Positions 14,906 to 24,667 of a stretch of DNA of 64,000 nt are shown piece by piece. How positions within the stretch are numbered: the stretch's first letter is position 1; every line of letters starts with the position of its first letter. Under the pieces are notes generated by a model, which saw only the letters and a program-made list of their open reading frames with translations, did no database searches and was not told the origin of the DNA. This stretch comes from a virus (taxonomy: Duplodnaviria; Caudoviricetes), in the IMG/VR virus record IMGVR_UViG_3300032373_000001, one strand, 5' to 3'. Both the position numbers and the translations under genes were made by a program.

Positions 14906-17323
14906 CTATACGTCGAGCTTCCAGCCACCGAAGAGGACCTCCGCCAACTTCTCCGCGGAGACCTCTTCGTCGATGAAGTCTTCCATATGAGAGGCGGTCA
15001 GGTCAAACTCCGTGGGGTCGTAGTTGTTGGCCTGGAACAGAGCAGCAGTGCGCTCCTCGTCCGGCGCGTTGGCCATCTTGATGTTGGCCTGTTTCTGAGC
15101 CTTGACGGCGACGGAGCTGGTGTCGCGGGTGAAGAGCTTGTTGTAGAGAGAGCACCGGTCCTCCCCGCTGGCCATCCGCCGCGAATGCGCGCACGTCCCG
15201 CAGCGCTCCATCTCCACCACCTTCGGGATGGAGTTTGCCCGGTGCTTCAAGGCTCCTCTCTCGCACCCAGTCACCCCGTGAGGTGAGGCATAGGCAGCTG
15301 CGTCCACGTACAAAAAGCCACTGCCTCCCTCGTGCTCCTCGCGGAGGGAGGCAATCCGGGGGGCTGCCGCCGAGAGAAGCCTCTCAGAGTAACGGTGCTC
15401 CAGGTAGTCGGTCAGGTCCTTGCCGGCCAAACCCTCTGCCATCGCCTGGCGTGCCCCCTTCAGGGCACTGAGGATCTGCCCCTCTGCGACACCCGCCTCC
15501 TTCTTCTCGGAAGCGGCGCGGGTGAACGTCGGCTGGTCGTACTGCTTGGCCTTCTGGGACTGATCAGCCAGGGCGGAGGTCTTCTTGAGCAGCGGGGCCA
15601 ACATCTTGATAGCGGCGGGGCGCTCGGACGCATCCAGCAAGTTGGAGATGAACCGTCGCAAGGTCTCCCCCCGAACGCCACGGTGCACCTCTTGTTCGAC
15701 GCGGGTGACCTTCTTCTTGAGGGTGGCCAGCTTGTTCGCTTCGCGTGCCTCAGCAGCCCTCTTCAGACTGTCTTCTTCTCGCTGGCGGGACCCAGAAGCC
15801 TTCTGGAGCGCCCACTCATCCATGTTCTGACCTGCGCCAGTCCCCTCGAACAACCGGGACCGGGACCGGGCGGCCAGCTTCGCAGCGACCTCCAGCTTGC
15901 GGCTGGGGAGGGCCGGGGAGTCCAGGATCCTCTGGGACACCGAATCCGAGAGGAACCCAGAGTCCCGCCAGCTGAGGATCTTACGCCGCGCTTCCTCTGC
16001 TTGAGCTTGCTTGTCCGCTGCCTTGCGGTTCTCTCGAATACCTTGAGCGCGGGCTTCCTGATCCCGCTCCCGTTCGGCACGCTGAGCAAGGCGGAGCATG
16101 CTCAAGGCCCGTTGCCCCTCAAGGCCCTCGGATGAGGTGCCAGAGTAGTTGCCAGAGGTGACCCTGTTCATGAGGATCTGCGCCGAACGGTAGATGTCAC
16201 CCGGCTGAGCCGAACCTTCCAGGATCCGGCGTGCGTCCTGCTCCGAGACGTGGCCCAGACGCACCAACTTGCGGAGGTGTTCCTGGGCGTCAGCTGCTGC
16301 CACTGCCTTGCGGTCTTCGCGTCGGTCGTAGACCTTGCGCTGCGGGGGCTGGTAGTTCCGCAAGACCTCTTGGGCCTCCCGAAGGCCGACACGCTGATCT
16401 GGGGTCAGGTTCCGAACGAATGCCGTCTGAGGGGCTTCCTTGTGGGGGCCACTCAAGAAGGCTGCTCGGAGCACCTCCTTGGGGTGACCCGAGGCCAGCC
16501 GGTGGCCGGCAGCCCTCAGCCGAGGGACGTAGTGAGCCAACGCCTTCTGCCAAGGTACACGGGAGACAGCTTTCTTGCCTGTGAGCTGGCAGCGCCCATC
16601 GTGGATCCAGGCGGCGTTTCGGAGCTGGTCTTCCGTCACGATCACGTAGAGGGCCTGCTTGGCGTAGCGCTTGACGTGACCGACGCTCCCCCGGTTGTGC
16701 CAGTCCGGGAAAGCCGAAGCACGGACATACACGTTCCCGTGCAGACCGTGCTCGGCCCGGATCCGGTCCAGCGAGGCGTCGAGCTTGTGAGCTTCCAGCC
16801 CCACTGCCTCGCGCGCTTGGCGAACGATCGTATCGATGTCGTGTCCGGCGATGCTACGGCGCATCGCATGGGCGAGAATCTTGCGGGCGACCCTTGCCGT
16901 GAGCTGCGCCTTCTGCTCCTGCACGTCATCTTCGAAGCGGGCGCGCTTGATGTCACGCTCCCAAGTCCGGACGCCGTCGGTGCTGCCGCCCCAAGCCTCC
17001 TCCAGCTCCGGGATGATCTGAGGAGTTTCCGGCAGCCGCTCGGGATCTTGAAGTTGGGTGGGGTCCAGCCAACTCAAGTCAGCCAACCCGTCCTCGTCCA
17101 AGAAGTCGAGGTTGAGGTTGGCGGACCCTGCGCGAGCAAGACCGTCTGGCAGGGCCGGGGCAGGGTGATGCTCCGGATCCAGCACGCCCCCCAAGACCCC
17201 CGCGCCATAATCCAAGGTGGGAAAGCCGTCCAGACCATAGTTGCTGCCCAGCGTGGGGGTCAGCAGGTCTTCGGGGATGTGGCTCTCGCCCAGGAGGTCC
17301 AGATCCGCGTTCTTGTCAGACAT
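14906..17323 (-). CDS. Large hypothetical protein, probable internal head protein with an internal duplication
   Basis: 805 aa; duplicated EH-G-x-x-G-x-x-YV-x-A-x-A[FY] segment followed by Cys; basic helical middle; K/R-x-A-S motifs. Confidence 0.6.
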   Translation of the reverse strand: MSDKNADLDLLGESHIPEDLLTPTLGSNYGLDGFPTLDYGAGVLGGVLDPEHHPAPALPDGLARAGSANLNLDFLDEDGLADLSWLDPTQLQDPERLPETPQIIPELEEAWGGSTDGVRTWERDIKRARFEDDVQEQKAQLTARVARKILAHAMRRSIAGHDIDTIVRQAREAVGLEAHKLDASLDRIRAEHGLHGNVYVRASAFPDWHNRGSVGHVKRYAKQALYVIVTEDQLRNAAWIHDGRCQLTGKKAVSRVPWQKALAHYVPRLRAAGHRLASGHPKEVLRAAFLSGPHKEAPQTAFVRNLTPDQRVGLREAQEVLRNYQPPQRKVYDRREDRKAVAAADAQEHLRKLVRLGHVSEQDARRILEGSAQPGDIYRSAQILMNRVTSGNYSGTSSEGLEGQRALSMLRLAQRAERERDQEARAQGIRENRKAADKQAQAEEARRKILSWRDSGFLSDSVSQRILDSPALPSRKLEVAAKLAARSRSRLFEGTGAGQNMDEWALQKASGSRQREEDSLKRAAEAREANKLATLKKKVTRVEQEVHRGVRGETLRRFISNLLDASERPAAIKMLAPLLKKTSALADQSQKAKQYDQPTFTRAASEKKEAGVAEGQILSALKGARQAMAEGLAGKDLTDYLEHRYSERLLSAAAPRIASLREEHEGGSGFLYVDAAAYASPHGVTGCERGALKHRANSIPKVVEMERCGTCAHSRRMASGEDRCSLYNKLFTRDTSSVAVKAQKQANIKMANAPDEERTAALFQANNYDPTEFDLTASHMEDFIDEEVSAEKLAEVLFGGWKLDV

Positions 17324-18038
17324 CGTAGTTCTCCAGGACCTCTTGAGTCAGTGCAGTGAACTGTCGCAGCTCTTGGAGCATCACCCCTTGCTCTGCGGAG
17401 GCCACTCGGATGTTGGGGCTCAACAAGACTGCCAGGGCCTCGCTGCTGGATTGAAGGCGGGCCATCAACACTCCACGGGCAGAGGCTTTCTTGCCGCGAG
17501 CGTTTTCGGCGTCTTCTTCCGCCTCCTCTTCCCGAGCCCACCCTTCGGGGTCTTCCTTGATGTCCTCAGCATCCTCGACGATCTCCTTGACCTCCTCTCG
17601 GTCGCGAGCGTCGAGTTTGTCTTCGGCCGGGTCCCAGTGCGGAGCCTTCAGCTCATCGTAGATGGTATCGCTCAAGGCACTCAGGACTTCGACGCAGTTC
17701 ATCAACTGGCGGCGCATGTCTGGGATCTTCTGGATGTAGCCCTTGCCCCCCAGAGCGCCGTCCGGAGAGATGTCCCGGGACTTGATCTTGACCATCCGCG
17801 CATGCGCGGAAGTTGCATGGCCCAGGGCCATCAAGGTCGACCGCATCACCACCGCCAAAGGCTTGAGGTACTTGGCGTTGAAGATGAAATCGTCATCGAT
17901 ATAACGCTCGCTGGGTCCGGTGGTGTTCCAAGCCCACTCGGACTTGTCCCCGGCACGGTCCTTGACGAACCGGACCTCACCAGCGGACTTGGTAAACCCC
18001 GCTCGGGCTACCACGCGCAGGGGGCTAACTCGGGGCAT
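17316..18038 (-). CDS. Hypothetical head-region protein
   Basis: 240 aa, RBS GAGGAG; N-terminal SPLRVVARAGFTKSAG leader; GKKAS and RVAS motifs. Confidence 0.65.
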   Translation of the reverse strand: MPRVSPLRVVARAGFTKSAGEVRFVKDRAGDKSEWAWNTTGPSERYIDDDFIFNAKYLKPLAVVMRSTLMALGHATSAHARMVKIKSRDISPDGALGGKGYIQKIPDMRRQLMNCVEVLSALSDTIYDELKAPHWDPAEDKLDARDREEVKEIVEDAEDIKEDPEGWAREEEAEEDAENARGKKASARGVLMARLQSSSEALAVLLSPNIRVASAEQGVMLQELRQFTALTQEVLENYDV

Positions 18039-18063
18039 AATCTTCTCCTCAAAGCAGGAGGAA

Positions 18064-18079
18064 GATAAACCCTCTACCG
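18064..18079 (-). promoter_or_regulatory. Promoter-like motif CGGTAG-N6-TATC
   Basis: Full consensus, 26 nt upstream of ATG 18038. Confidence 0.65.
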
Positions 18080-18098
18080 CTGGGAGACCCCGTCGGGA

Positions 18099-18716
18099 CT
18101 AAGCCTTCAGCGGCTCGCCCGTCTCATCGAACAAGCGGGTCAGCAGCAGGTTCCCATCTGCGTCCTTCTGGAAGTTCCAGAGGTCCCGATCCGCCTTGTG
18201 GATCAGGGTGTTGCCATCGCGGGCTGCCTTCACGAAGAAGTCGGTCAGGTCCCCCAACGAAGCCACACGGAAGCTCGAGACCGAAGATGCGATGCGGCCC
18301 CGCGGGTCCGCAGGCACTCCCACAGGTGCGGAAGCCTTCTTGCCTTGACCCGGGCGCAAGTACAGGGCACTCACCGTCCGGAGTTGGCCATCGTCCCACT
18401 GGACGAAGACGCGACCCTCATGGGAAGTGATGTCGCCCCCCGCACTGCGAACAGAGACCACTTCCCCGCCCATGCCGTTCCCAGGAGGGTTGTCCATGGA
18501 GAGGTAGGCTCCGAGGCTTCCGGCGAAAGTCACGCGGGTCCCTGCGGGGACGGGCAGCGACAAGGCGTGGGCCTCCCGGTGTTGGTCGGTCAGCTGGCGG
18601 ACCGACTCGAAGTCCTCTCCGAGGGCCTTGCCGCCAGCACCCTTGAGGAAGGAGTCCATCTCGGATTCCTCGCTCTGGTAGCCTGCGGCCATATCGCGCC
18701 AAAACTGATCGGACAT
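18099..18716 (-). CDS. Hypothetical head-region protein
   Basis: 205 aa, RBS GAGGAGG; GKKAS, RIASS and RVASL motifs. Confidence 0.65.
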   Translation of the reverse strand: MSDQFWRDMAAGYQSEESEMDSFLKGAGGKALGEDFESVRQLTDQHREAHALSLPVPAGTRVTFAGSLGAYLSMDNPPGNGMGGEVVSVRSAGGDITSHEGRVFVQWDDGQLRTVSALYLRPGQGKKASAPVGVPADPRGRIASSVSSFRVASLGDLTDFFVKAARDGNTLIHKADRDLWNFQKDADGNLLLTRLFDETGEPLKA

Positions 18717-18740
18717 CGGAACCTCCTCTCAGCGGTGAGA

Positions 18741-18756
18741 GATAGTCCCTCTACCG
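18741..18756 (-). promoter_or_regulatory. Promoter-like motif CGGTAG-N6-TATC
   Basis: Full consensus, 25 nt upstream of ATG 18716; overlaps the upstream stop codon. Confidence 0.65.
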
Positions 18757-19983
18757 GATCATCTCGTAAGAGGAGGAGCGGTCGGTGAAGTAGGGGTCCT
18801 GGATTCCCACCAACCCAAGCTGAGATACCGCCCGAAGACCGCCGAACTGGGGGTACTGCGCCAACTGCTCCTCGGAGAGGGCTGCTGCCACCTGGTCTTC
18901 CTTCACAGTATGAGGATAGACCCGGTGGATAGTGCGACCCAACGGGAGACGGAGAGACCAATCTGTGTAGACTGAGGCAGAGATGCTCCCCGTGTAGAAG
19001 TACTCTTGGGTGTTGTCGTGGTAGATCTCCTCGCCCTCACCCCCAAGACTGACGGATTCGATCTCCATGCCCTCGAAGCTGAGGCGGTCCCGCAACTTGG
19101 CCTGAATGTAGAAGAAGGTCTCGTCGGTGATATCGCTGGCAGCGTTGACGTCGCGGGCGGCGACGTCAATGTCCAGACTCATCTCGAACCTCCCCCCATA
19201 CTCCTTCGCACAGACCTCTCGGTACTTGCTGACCACGACCGCCATCTGATCGCCCTCTTGTGCCCTTCGCCCGAAGGCGAGAACGACTCCGGGGATGGCA
19301 GAATTGTTCGCCCCGTTTTCTTCCACGGCGAAGGGGCCAGTACGTGCCCCCGTGTAGTAGTAATCCACGCTGAGAGTAGTCCCCGAAGGGAGAGGCCCAG
19401 TCAGCACGATTTGGCCGGTGTCGGAATCCGCGGAGTAGTTGATGCCCTCGTACAAGGGGAGGTTGCTCGGCAGTTCAAACACATTCAAAGAACCCGGATG
19501 GAACCCTGCTTGGAGGACCTGATAGGTCCGAGGGTCCAGCTGAAGGGGGGACTCGTCGAGGGATTCGAGCAGCGGGTCCACATAGAACACCAAATACTCG
19601 CGGATGGCCCCCTGGTATTCGAACGGCTCCTCAACCACCGAAATGTAGTAGATCCCAGGGGCCGAGGGGAAGTCCCCGCCCGCCTTCTGAATGGCGCGCA
19701 CGTCTTCGCGGACCCACTCGATGCTCGTCCCAGGTCGGTTGTAGATCTGGGTCAGGGAACAATGAGAACTGACCCAGCCCTGAAAGTTGTCCGCACTGAA
19801 CTTCACAGGGTTCGCCGAACCCGCCTTGACGACGATGCCCTCTTGAGGGCGGGCCTCAAAGGAGTACTTGCCTTGGATATTGTCGACCAGGGAATCCCGA
19901 TACTTCGGGTGCTTGGCCCAGAACTCTCGGAGTTCCAAGATGAACCGACGCTTCAGGGCTGTAGTGAGGTCGAAGTGAGCCAA
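18751..19983 (-). CDS. Putative neck/tail-completion structural protein
   Basis: 410 aa, TTG start with AGGAGG; beta-rich; terminator-protein-like segment MSLDIDVAARD...YTGSISASV; function inferred from context. Confidence 0.45.
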   Translation of the reverse strand: MAHFDLTTALKRRFILELREFWAKHPKYRDSLVDNIQGKYSFEARPQEGIVVKAGSANPVKFSADNFQGWVSSHCSLTQIYNRPGTSIEWVREDVRAIQKAGGDFPSAPGIYYISVVEEPFEYQGAIREYLVFYVDPLLESLDESPLQLDPRTYQVLQAGFHPGSLNVFELPSNLPLYEGINYSADSDTGQIVLTGPLPSGTTLSVDYYYTGARTGPFAVEENGANNSAIPGVVLAFGRRAQEGDQMAVVVSKYREVCAKEYGGRFEMSLDIDVAARDVNAASDITDETFFYIQAKLRDRLSFEGMEIESVSLGGEGEEIYHDNTQEYFYTGSISASVYTDWSLRLPLGRTIHRVYPHTVKEDQVAAALSEEQLAQYPQFGGLRAVSQLGLVGIQDPYFTDRSSSYEMIR

Positions 19984-20006
19984 GGGTTACCTCCTGTGGT
20001 GGAGGC

Positions 20007-20588
20007 TCAGTCGTAGATCGGGCCGCGATCGCGACGACGCTTCGGGGCACGACCGCGACGCTTGGCTCCATGCTTGTCGAGGTACTCGATGATGTCGTCG
20101 GCGGTGAGCCCCCGCTTCTCCCACTCGCGCCTGCTGAGACCCGCACCCATGTGGGGGTGCGTCAGGTCAATCTTGGCAGGCTGGCCCTTGCTCATGCGGA
20201 CTTGGTAAACCAGCCGCCCTTCCTCAGACTTGATGTCATCGGGCAACAGGCGGTCCCAGGTCAGCGCCCAACCCAAGAGCTTGGCCACCTTCTTCTCCGT
20301 GGCCGAGAGCTTGTTGAACACCGCATCCTGCTGCGCCTTGTAGATGTTGTAGGCTTCCCGCTCAACCTGGCGGAACAGGGTGCCTGTATCATACTGGCGA
20401 ATCCAGTATCCGTACCAGTCCGCCGCATCCGCGAAAGTGCGGGCGAACCCCATGGAACCCCTGCTCACGAGGTACTCGGCGAGACCCTTCGCATCCCCCG
20501 CCTGAAGGAACGCTTCGACCTTCGGGTCTCGCTCCTCAGACTGCTTGGAGAGGCCCTCTTCCCTCAAAATATCAGCCAGCTTCTTCAT
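20007..20588 (-). CDS. Hypothetical protein with MKKLADILREEGL leader
   Basis: ATG 20588 with GAGGGG RBS; N-terminus resembles that of 38632-38883. Confidence 0.6.
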   Translation of the reverse strand: MKKLADILREEGLSKQSEERDPKVEAFLQAGDAKGLAEYLVSRGSMGFARTFADAADWYGYWIRQYDTGTLFRQVEREAYNIYKAQQDAVFNKLSATEKKVAKLLGWALTWDRLLPDDIKSEEGRLVYQVRMSKGQPAKIDLTHPHMGAGLSRREWEKRGLTADDIIEYLDKHGAKRRGRAPKRRRDRGPIYD

Positions 20589-20596
20589 GGTTCCCC

Positions 20597-22147
20597 TCAC
20601 AGGTTCTCGATGATGTACACGCCAACAGTGGCAGTGATGGCCCCCGAAGCATCGACGTCGAAGCCCGACCCAGCCTTGCTGCCTACCCCCAGAGTAGCCG
20701 TGGTTACGGGGCTCTCCAGGAGAACCGCATAATCTGCGCTGGGCTTAGGGATGTCGAAGACATACGACTCATTGGTCGAAGCCGCAAAGGCCAGGGTCGC
20801 ACGAAGGGTGCTTTCCCGTAGGGTAGGGGTGCCACCCCCATCGGTAGCAGCGCCTCGCGTACACTGCTCCAGGACCGCAGCCACGGTATCGCTCAGGGTC
20901 AAATCCCCCAGGGAGCTCCGCACGGCACTGAGCACCTGGGTGCCGCCCTGGGTCACGTCCCCGGCTTCAGGGCAGTTCTTCACGGCATAACTGCCGACGT
21001 TATTCAGGTTGACAGTCGAATCTCCCGCACGGAGGACCCCCAGGACCTCGTAGGTCGAGGTCGCCGTCGCGGGCTGGTCGTTGCCGTCGTCGTAGCTCAA
21101 CTGAAGGTTGTTGACCCACTCGATGTTGGCCAACCGGAACACCGCACAGTTGGTGATGTTGGCTTCCGAGGTGGAAGAGCTGCCCCTCCAGGAGCCTCCC
21201 CGGAAGGTCATCTCGTTGGAAGTGTCTGCCCGGACTTGGTAGCCCGTGTTGCCCGTAGCTACCAGCTCCAAGCCTTCTCCGAGGAGCCCTTCGACCAGGA
21301 CGTTCGAGCCTGCAGCCCCGCCGCCGGTGAGGGTTCCACCGCTCAGAGTGATGTCGGCGGTGGAAGTAGCCAGAGTGATGGCATTGCCGCCCGACCCCGC
21401 AGTGACTGCCGTTAGGGTGATGATGGCCCCTGCTACAGTCGCCTCCACCGTAGCGGCAAAAGAGTTCGCCACGTCGTTGATCGCCGCAGCAATCTCAGCA
21501 GCCACTGCATCTGGAGTGCCGCCAGAGACCGAAAAGTCATCGGCCCCCGAAGTGCGGGTGCTGAGTACTCCTGTGAGCACATTGCCGCTGAGGGTGAGGG
21601 TATCCCCCACGCTGAGAGGGGCAGCAGTCACCGTCGCGGTGCCCGTAGCGAAGGTGTCGGCTCCGATCACGCGAATGCACGCCTGAGCATCCTGGTCATT
21701 CTCGATCCGCAGGTTCCGCAGCTCTACCTTCTGAGGCGTAGTCGAGATGGCCGCCGAGATTTCCAGGGTGTCGCTCGCACCTGAGTTCTGAAGGGTCACC
21801 CCACCCGGTGAAGCCATCACCACCCCATCTTTCTGGAGCGTCAGGTTCTCCTGATACACTCCCGGCTGAATCCAGATGAGACTGGGAGCCGAAGAAGAGG
21901 AAGAACTGGGGACCGCATCGAGCGCGTCTTGGATTGAGGTGTATTCGGCCCCGCCCCCAGCCCGGCCGACGAGGAACACGCCCGTGACGTTCCGCAACCC
22001 CACCAGATCCTTCAAGGATGCAGTGACGTTGGGGTCACTGAAGCGGAGCCCGCCATCCGCGGTATCCCGATCGATCAACCGGGTGCCGAAGGTGGTGGTG
22101 CCAGGTTCGACCTGAACCTGGTCAGTCAAGAGCGGGGACTGAGGCAT
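20597..22147 (-). CDS. Putative virion structural/fibre protein with a beta-helix-like N-terminal motif
   Basis: GGGAEYTSIQDALDAVP...IWIQPGVYQENL (pectinesterase/beta-helix start), interrupted by an Ala/Thr/Gly-rich insert resembling sheath-type domains. Confidence 0.5.
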   Translation of the reverse strand: MPQSPLLTDQVQVEPGTTTFGTRLIDRDTADGGLRFSDPNVTASLKDLVGLRNVTGVFLVGRAGGGAEYTSIQDALDAVPSSSSSSAPSLIWIQPGVYQENLTLQKDGVVMASPGGVTLQNSGASDTLEISAAISTTPQKVELRNLRIENDQDAQACIRVIGADTFATGTATVTAAPLSVGDTLTLSGNVLTGVLSTRTSGADDFSVSGGTPDAVAAEIAAAINDVANSFAATVEATVAGAIITLTAVTAGSGGNAITLATSTADITLSGGTLTGGGAAGSNVLVEGLLGEGLELVATGNTGYQVRADTSNEMTFRGGSWRGSSSTSEANITNCAVFRLANIEWVNNLQLSYDDGNDQPATATSTYEVLGVLRAGDSTVNLNNVGSYAVKNCPEAGDVTQGGTQVLSAVRSSLGDLTLSDTVAAVLEQCTRGAATDGGGTPTLRESTLRATLAFAASTNESYVFDIPKPSADYAVLLESPVTTATLGVGSKAGSGFDVDASGAITATVGVYIIENL

Positions 22148-22151
22148 CTAC

Positions 22152-22490
22152 TCAGCCCTTCCCGTGCTCGTCCGAGGCCCCACGGACCGGCCACCGACCG
22201 CTTGCGCGGGACTCCGTCTCAGCGCTGAGGATCTTGTCCTCATTGATCTCCTCCAGAGCCTCCAGCTCCTCGACGAACCCCTTGATCAGGGACTGAGCTT
22301 CGGGGCTCGCGGGGTCCGTGTGGGGGAAGGCACCTTCGAGGGACTTGGTCACTGCCCGAACGACCCCGCGAGAGTAGAGCGCGACCTTGTCCAAGCTGGT
22401 CAGGATCGCCCTGCGGGTCTCGTCACCCTTCGGGAGAGAGCGAGCCAGCCGCACCAGAGCCTGTCGCTCCTGCTTCGAAATCCTTTTCAT
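22152..22490 (-). CDS. Small hypothetical protein
   Basis: 112 aa, RBS AGGAGG; leader ERQALVRLARSLPKGDETRRAILTSLDKVA. Confidence 0.6.
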   Translation of the reverse strand: MKRISKQERQALVRLARSLPKGDETRRAILTSLDKVALYSRGVVRAVTKSLEGAFPHTDPASPEAQSLIKGFVEELEALEEINEDKILSAETESRASGRWPVRGASDEHGKG

Positions 22491-24327
22491 CGGAGGTCCT
22501 CCTATCCAGAGTTGCCGATAAGGAAAGGATTGCTCTGGCGAGGGCCTCTATCGAGACAGTGTCGCCCGAAGCGGTCTTGAGGCTGGCGAAACGCCCTTGG
22601 CTCTCCTTGGGTTTGGCGTAGGTCAACCCCAAACCCTTCGCGAGCTGGGACACGACGTCGGAGTTCTCGACCAGCTGCCGTCCCGTGTCGCTATAGATGC
22701 CTCGCATCATCTCGTTGTATGTCGGATCGTTGACGGTCAGCCGGTCCCGCTCGACCTTCTCCCGCACAGCCACCGGATCGAGGTTCAGGAGCTCCAGGAT
22801 GGTGTCGATGTCCAGCGAGCCCTTCTGGTACAGGTTGTAGAGCGCGTCGAAGGTGTCCCGGTTGTCCCGCAGGGCAAGGCGGGTGAAGCTCAGGGAGGGG
22901 ACCAAGACAATCTTATCCCCGTCCTCGTCTTCCTCCACAAAGCCCATACGAGCACACATAGGACGCAAGAGGATTTCTTCCACCAGTTTCTGGAGCTGCT
23001 CTCGCAAGAGCATGTAGCGGGTGTTGATGGCCTCCAGGTTCACCCGGTCCCCGGAATAAGAGCCCTCTCCTGTCAGGAGGCTCTCCGTGATGCCCAGGCC
23101 CGCATACAACTGACGGTTGGTCAGCTCATACTCGCCGTCCAGGTTCAAGAGGCGCTGGTCTGCCCCCATTTCTTCCCAGCGGACCTCGAAGTTGGAGACG
23201 ATGGAATAATCCGGGTCCATCAGGGCCATATCGACCTGCTCCCGGAGGTCCTCCACGTCACCCAGGCTAAGATCTTCCCCGTACACAATGCGGATAGGGG
23301 TCATGTGCCGCGAGGCGATGGAGGTCTGAGCCTGACGGAGCTTGTCCCGATAGACCAGGGCTCGCATGCAGCACTGGAGGATCGAAGTCCCACGGGCCTC
23401 GTAGTCCGACTTCTTGTTGTAGAGGCAGTACACGAAGCTGCCAGCATACGGGTCCGTACCCAAGACCACGTTCCCACCCTTCCGGACCGCGTCGATCAGG
23501 TGGGGAGGCATGTCATCCACGACCTCCTTTGCCACCGGGTCTCCCGCTGCCGCCTGCTCGATGACCTTCTTGGTCTCGGAGTCCGGGAGCATCTCCACGA
23601 TCTTCTTGTCGGTGAAGTTAAACGTGCGGACCCTAATGTTCTCGGGGGGGAGGCAGACCAACTTGGTCCAGCCCTTGTAGTTCTTCTTCAGCCACTTGGC
23701 AGCGCGCTTGTCGGCGTCCTCGTACTTGATCCTCTTCTCTACAGCCTCACCATCTTCCGTCAAAACCCGCTGCGTGTAGTGAGTGATATCTTCCGGCATC
23801 TCCGGGTTCTTGTCCTCGCACCAGAGATACACCTCGCCGATGAGGTTGCGCTCACGGGTGATCGCCAAGAGCCGGTCCGTCAGGTCGATGCGCCGGACCC
23901 ATTTCTCACAGAAGCGCATCGCCGCCTCCGCCATCTTCCGATTCTTGGCGCGAGGGATTGCCAACCGTACCTTGCTGATCGGCAGGATGGAATGTAGGGA
24001 AATCGCCTGGCTGACGTAGGGTTCGTTCTTATCGAAGAAGCGGTAGTAGGCCCACTGCTCATGGAGGCTCTGGGGCAGCTCCAAGAAGTCCGTGGAGAGC
24101 TCCGGGGAGTAGAAGTTGCCTCCGGCTCCCATCACCGACCCGCCGTTGCCGAAGCCGCCTCCACCGTAGGATGCGGTCCGAGACTTCATCTGGCTGGAAA
24201 CCACCCGCCGAGGCGGGCCAGCCTTGGCCTTCTTCTTGCCGTCTCCGTTGGAGACCTTGTTGACCACCTGAGCATCATCTTCTTGCTGCTTGCCCAGCCG
24301 CTGGCCGAACCCCTTACGACGACCCAT
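22423..24327 (-). CDS. Portal protein
   Basis: YRFFDKNEPYVSQAISLH..., RERNLIGEVYLW, RGTSILQCCMRALVYRDKLRQAQ...IASRHMTPIRIV; near terminase; ATG 24327 with GAGGAG RBS. Confidence 0.8.
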   Translation of the reverse strand: MGRRKGFGQRLGKQQEDDAQVVNKVSNGDGKKKAKAGPPRRVVSSQMKSRTASYGGGGFGNGGSVMGAGGNFYSPELSTDFLELPQSLHEQWAYYRFFDKNEPYVSQAISLHSILPISKVRLAIPRAKNRKMAEAAMRFCEKWVRRIDLTDRLLAITRERNLIGEVYLWCEDKNPEMPEDITHYTQRVLTEDGEAVEKRIKYEDADKRAAKWLKKNYKGWTKLVCLPPENIRVRTFNFTDKKIVEMLPDSETKKVIEQAAAGDPVAKEVVDDMPPHLIDAVRKGGNVVLGTDPYAGSFVYCLYNKKSDYEARGTSILQCCMRALVYRDKLRQAQTSIASRHMTPIRIVYGEDLSLGDVEDLREQVDMALMDPDYSIVSNFEVRWEEMGADQRLLNLDGEYELTNRQLYAGLGITESLLTGEGSYSGDRVNLEAINTRYMLLREQLQKLVEEILLRPMCARMGFVEEDEDGDKIVLVPSLSFTRLALRDNRDTFDALYNLYQKGSLDIDTILELLNLDPVAVREKVERDRLTVNDPTYNEMMRGIYSDTGRQLVENSDVVSQLAKGLGLTYAKPKESQGRFASLKTASGDTVSIEALARAILSLSATLDRRTSDEKDFEAGATGSGAAGSLSPEG

Positions 24328-24667
24328 CTGCAATCTCCTCCGCCGCCTGCTGCTCAGCCGCCCTCAAGAGGGCTTCTTCTCGCTCCTGTCGGACCCGTTC
24401 TCGGAGCTGTTGCGCCAGCTCATCCTCGGTCATCTCGTCGGTTTCTCGAGGGCCATTGCTGTAGGGGCTCACCATGCTGGGAACGTCCTGGATCATCTCC
24501 AGGAGCCCCCGGAGGTGCCGCAGGGTCCTTCGCTTCCGCTGAGGAGGTACGCCTACGGCTTCTGAGGCAGAGCGGAGTGCAGCACGGACCTCGGACTCCG
24601 CTCGACGAAGGCGGATCAGGACCTCACGGTCTTCCGCGCTACTCTGGCGGATCCGGAAACGAGTCAT
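24314..24667 (-). CDS. Hypothetical protein
   Basis: 117 aa helical ORF, translationally coupled between terminase and portal. Confidence 0.55.
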   Translation of the reverse strand: MTRFRIRQSSAEDREVLIRLRRAESEVRAALRSASEAVGVPPQRKRRTLRHLRGLLEMIQDVPSMVSPYSNGPRETDEMTEDELAQQLRERVRQEREEALLRAAEQQAAEEIADGSS

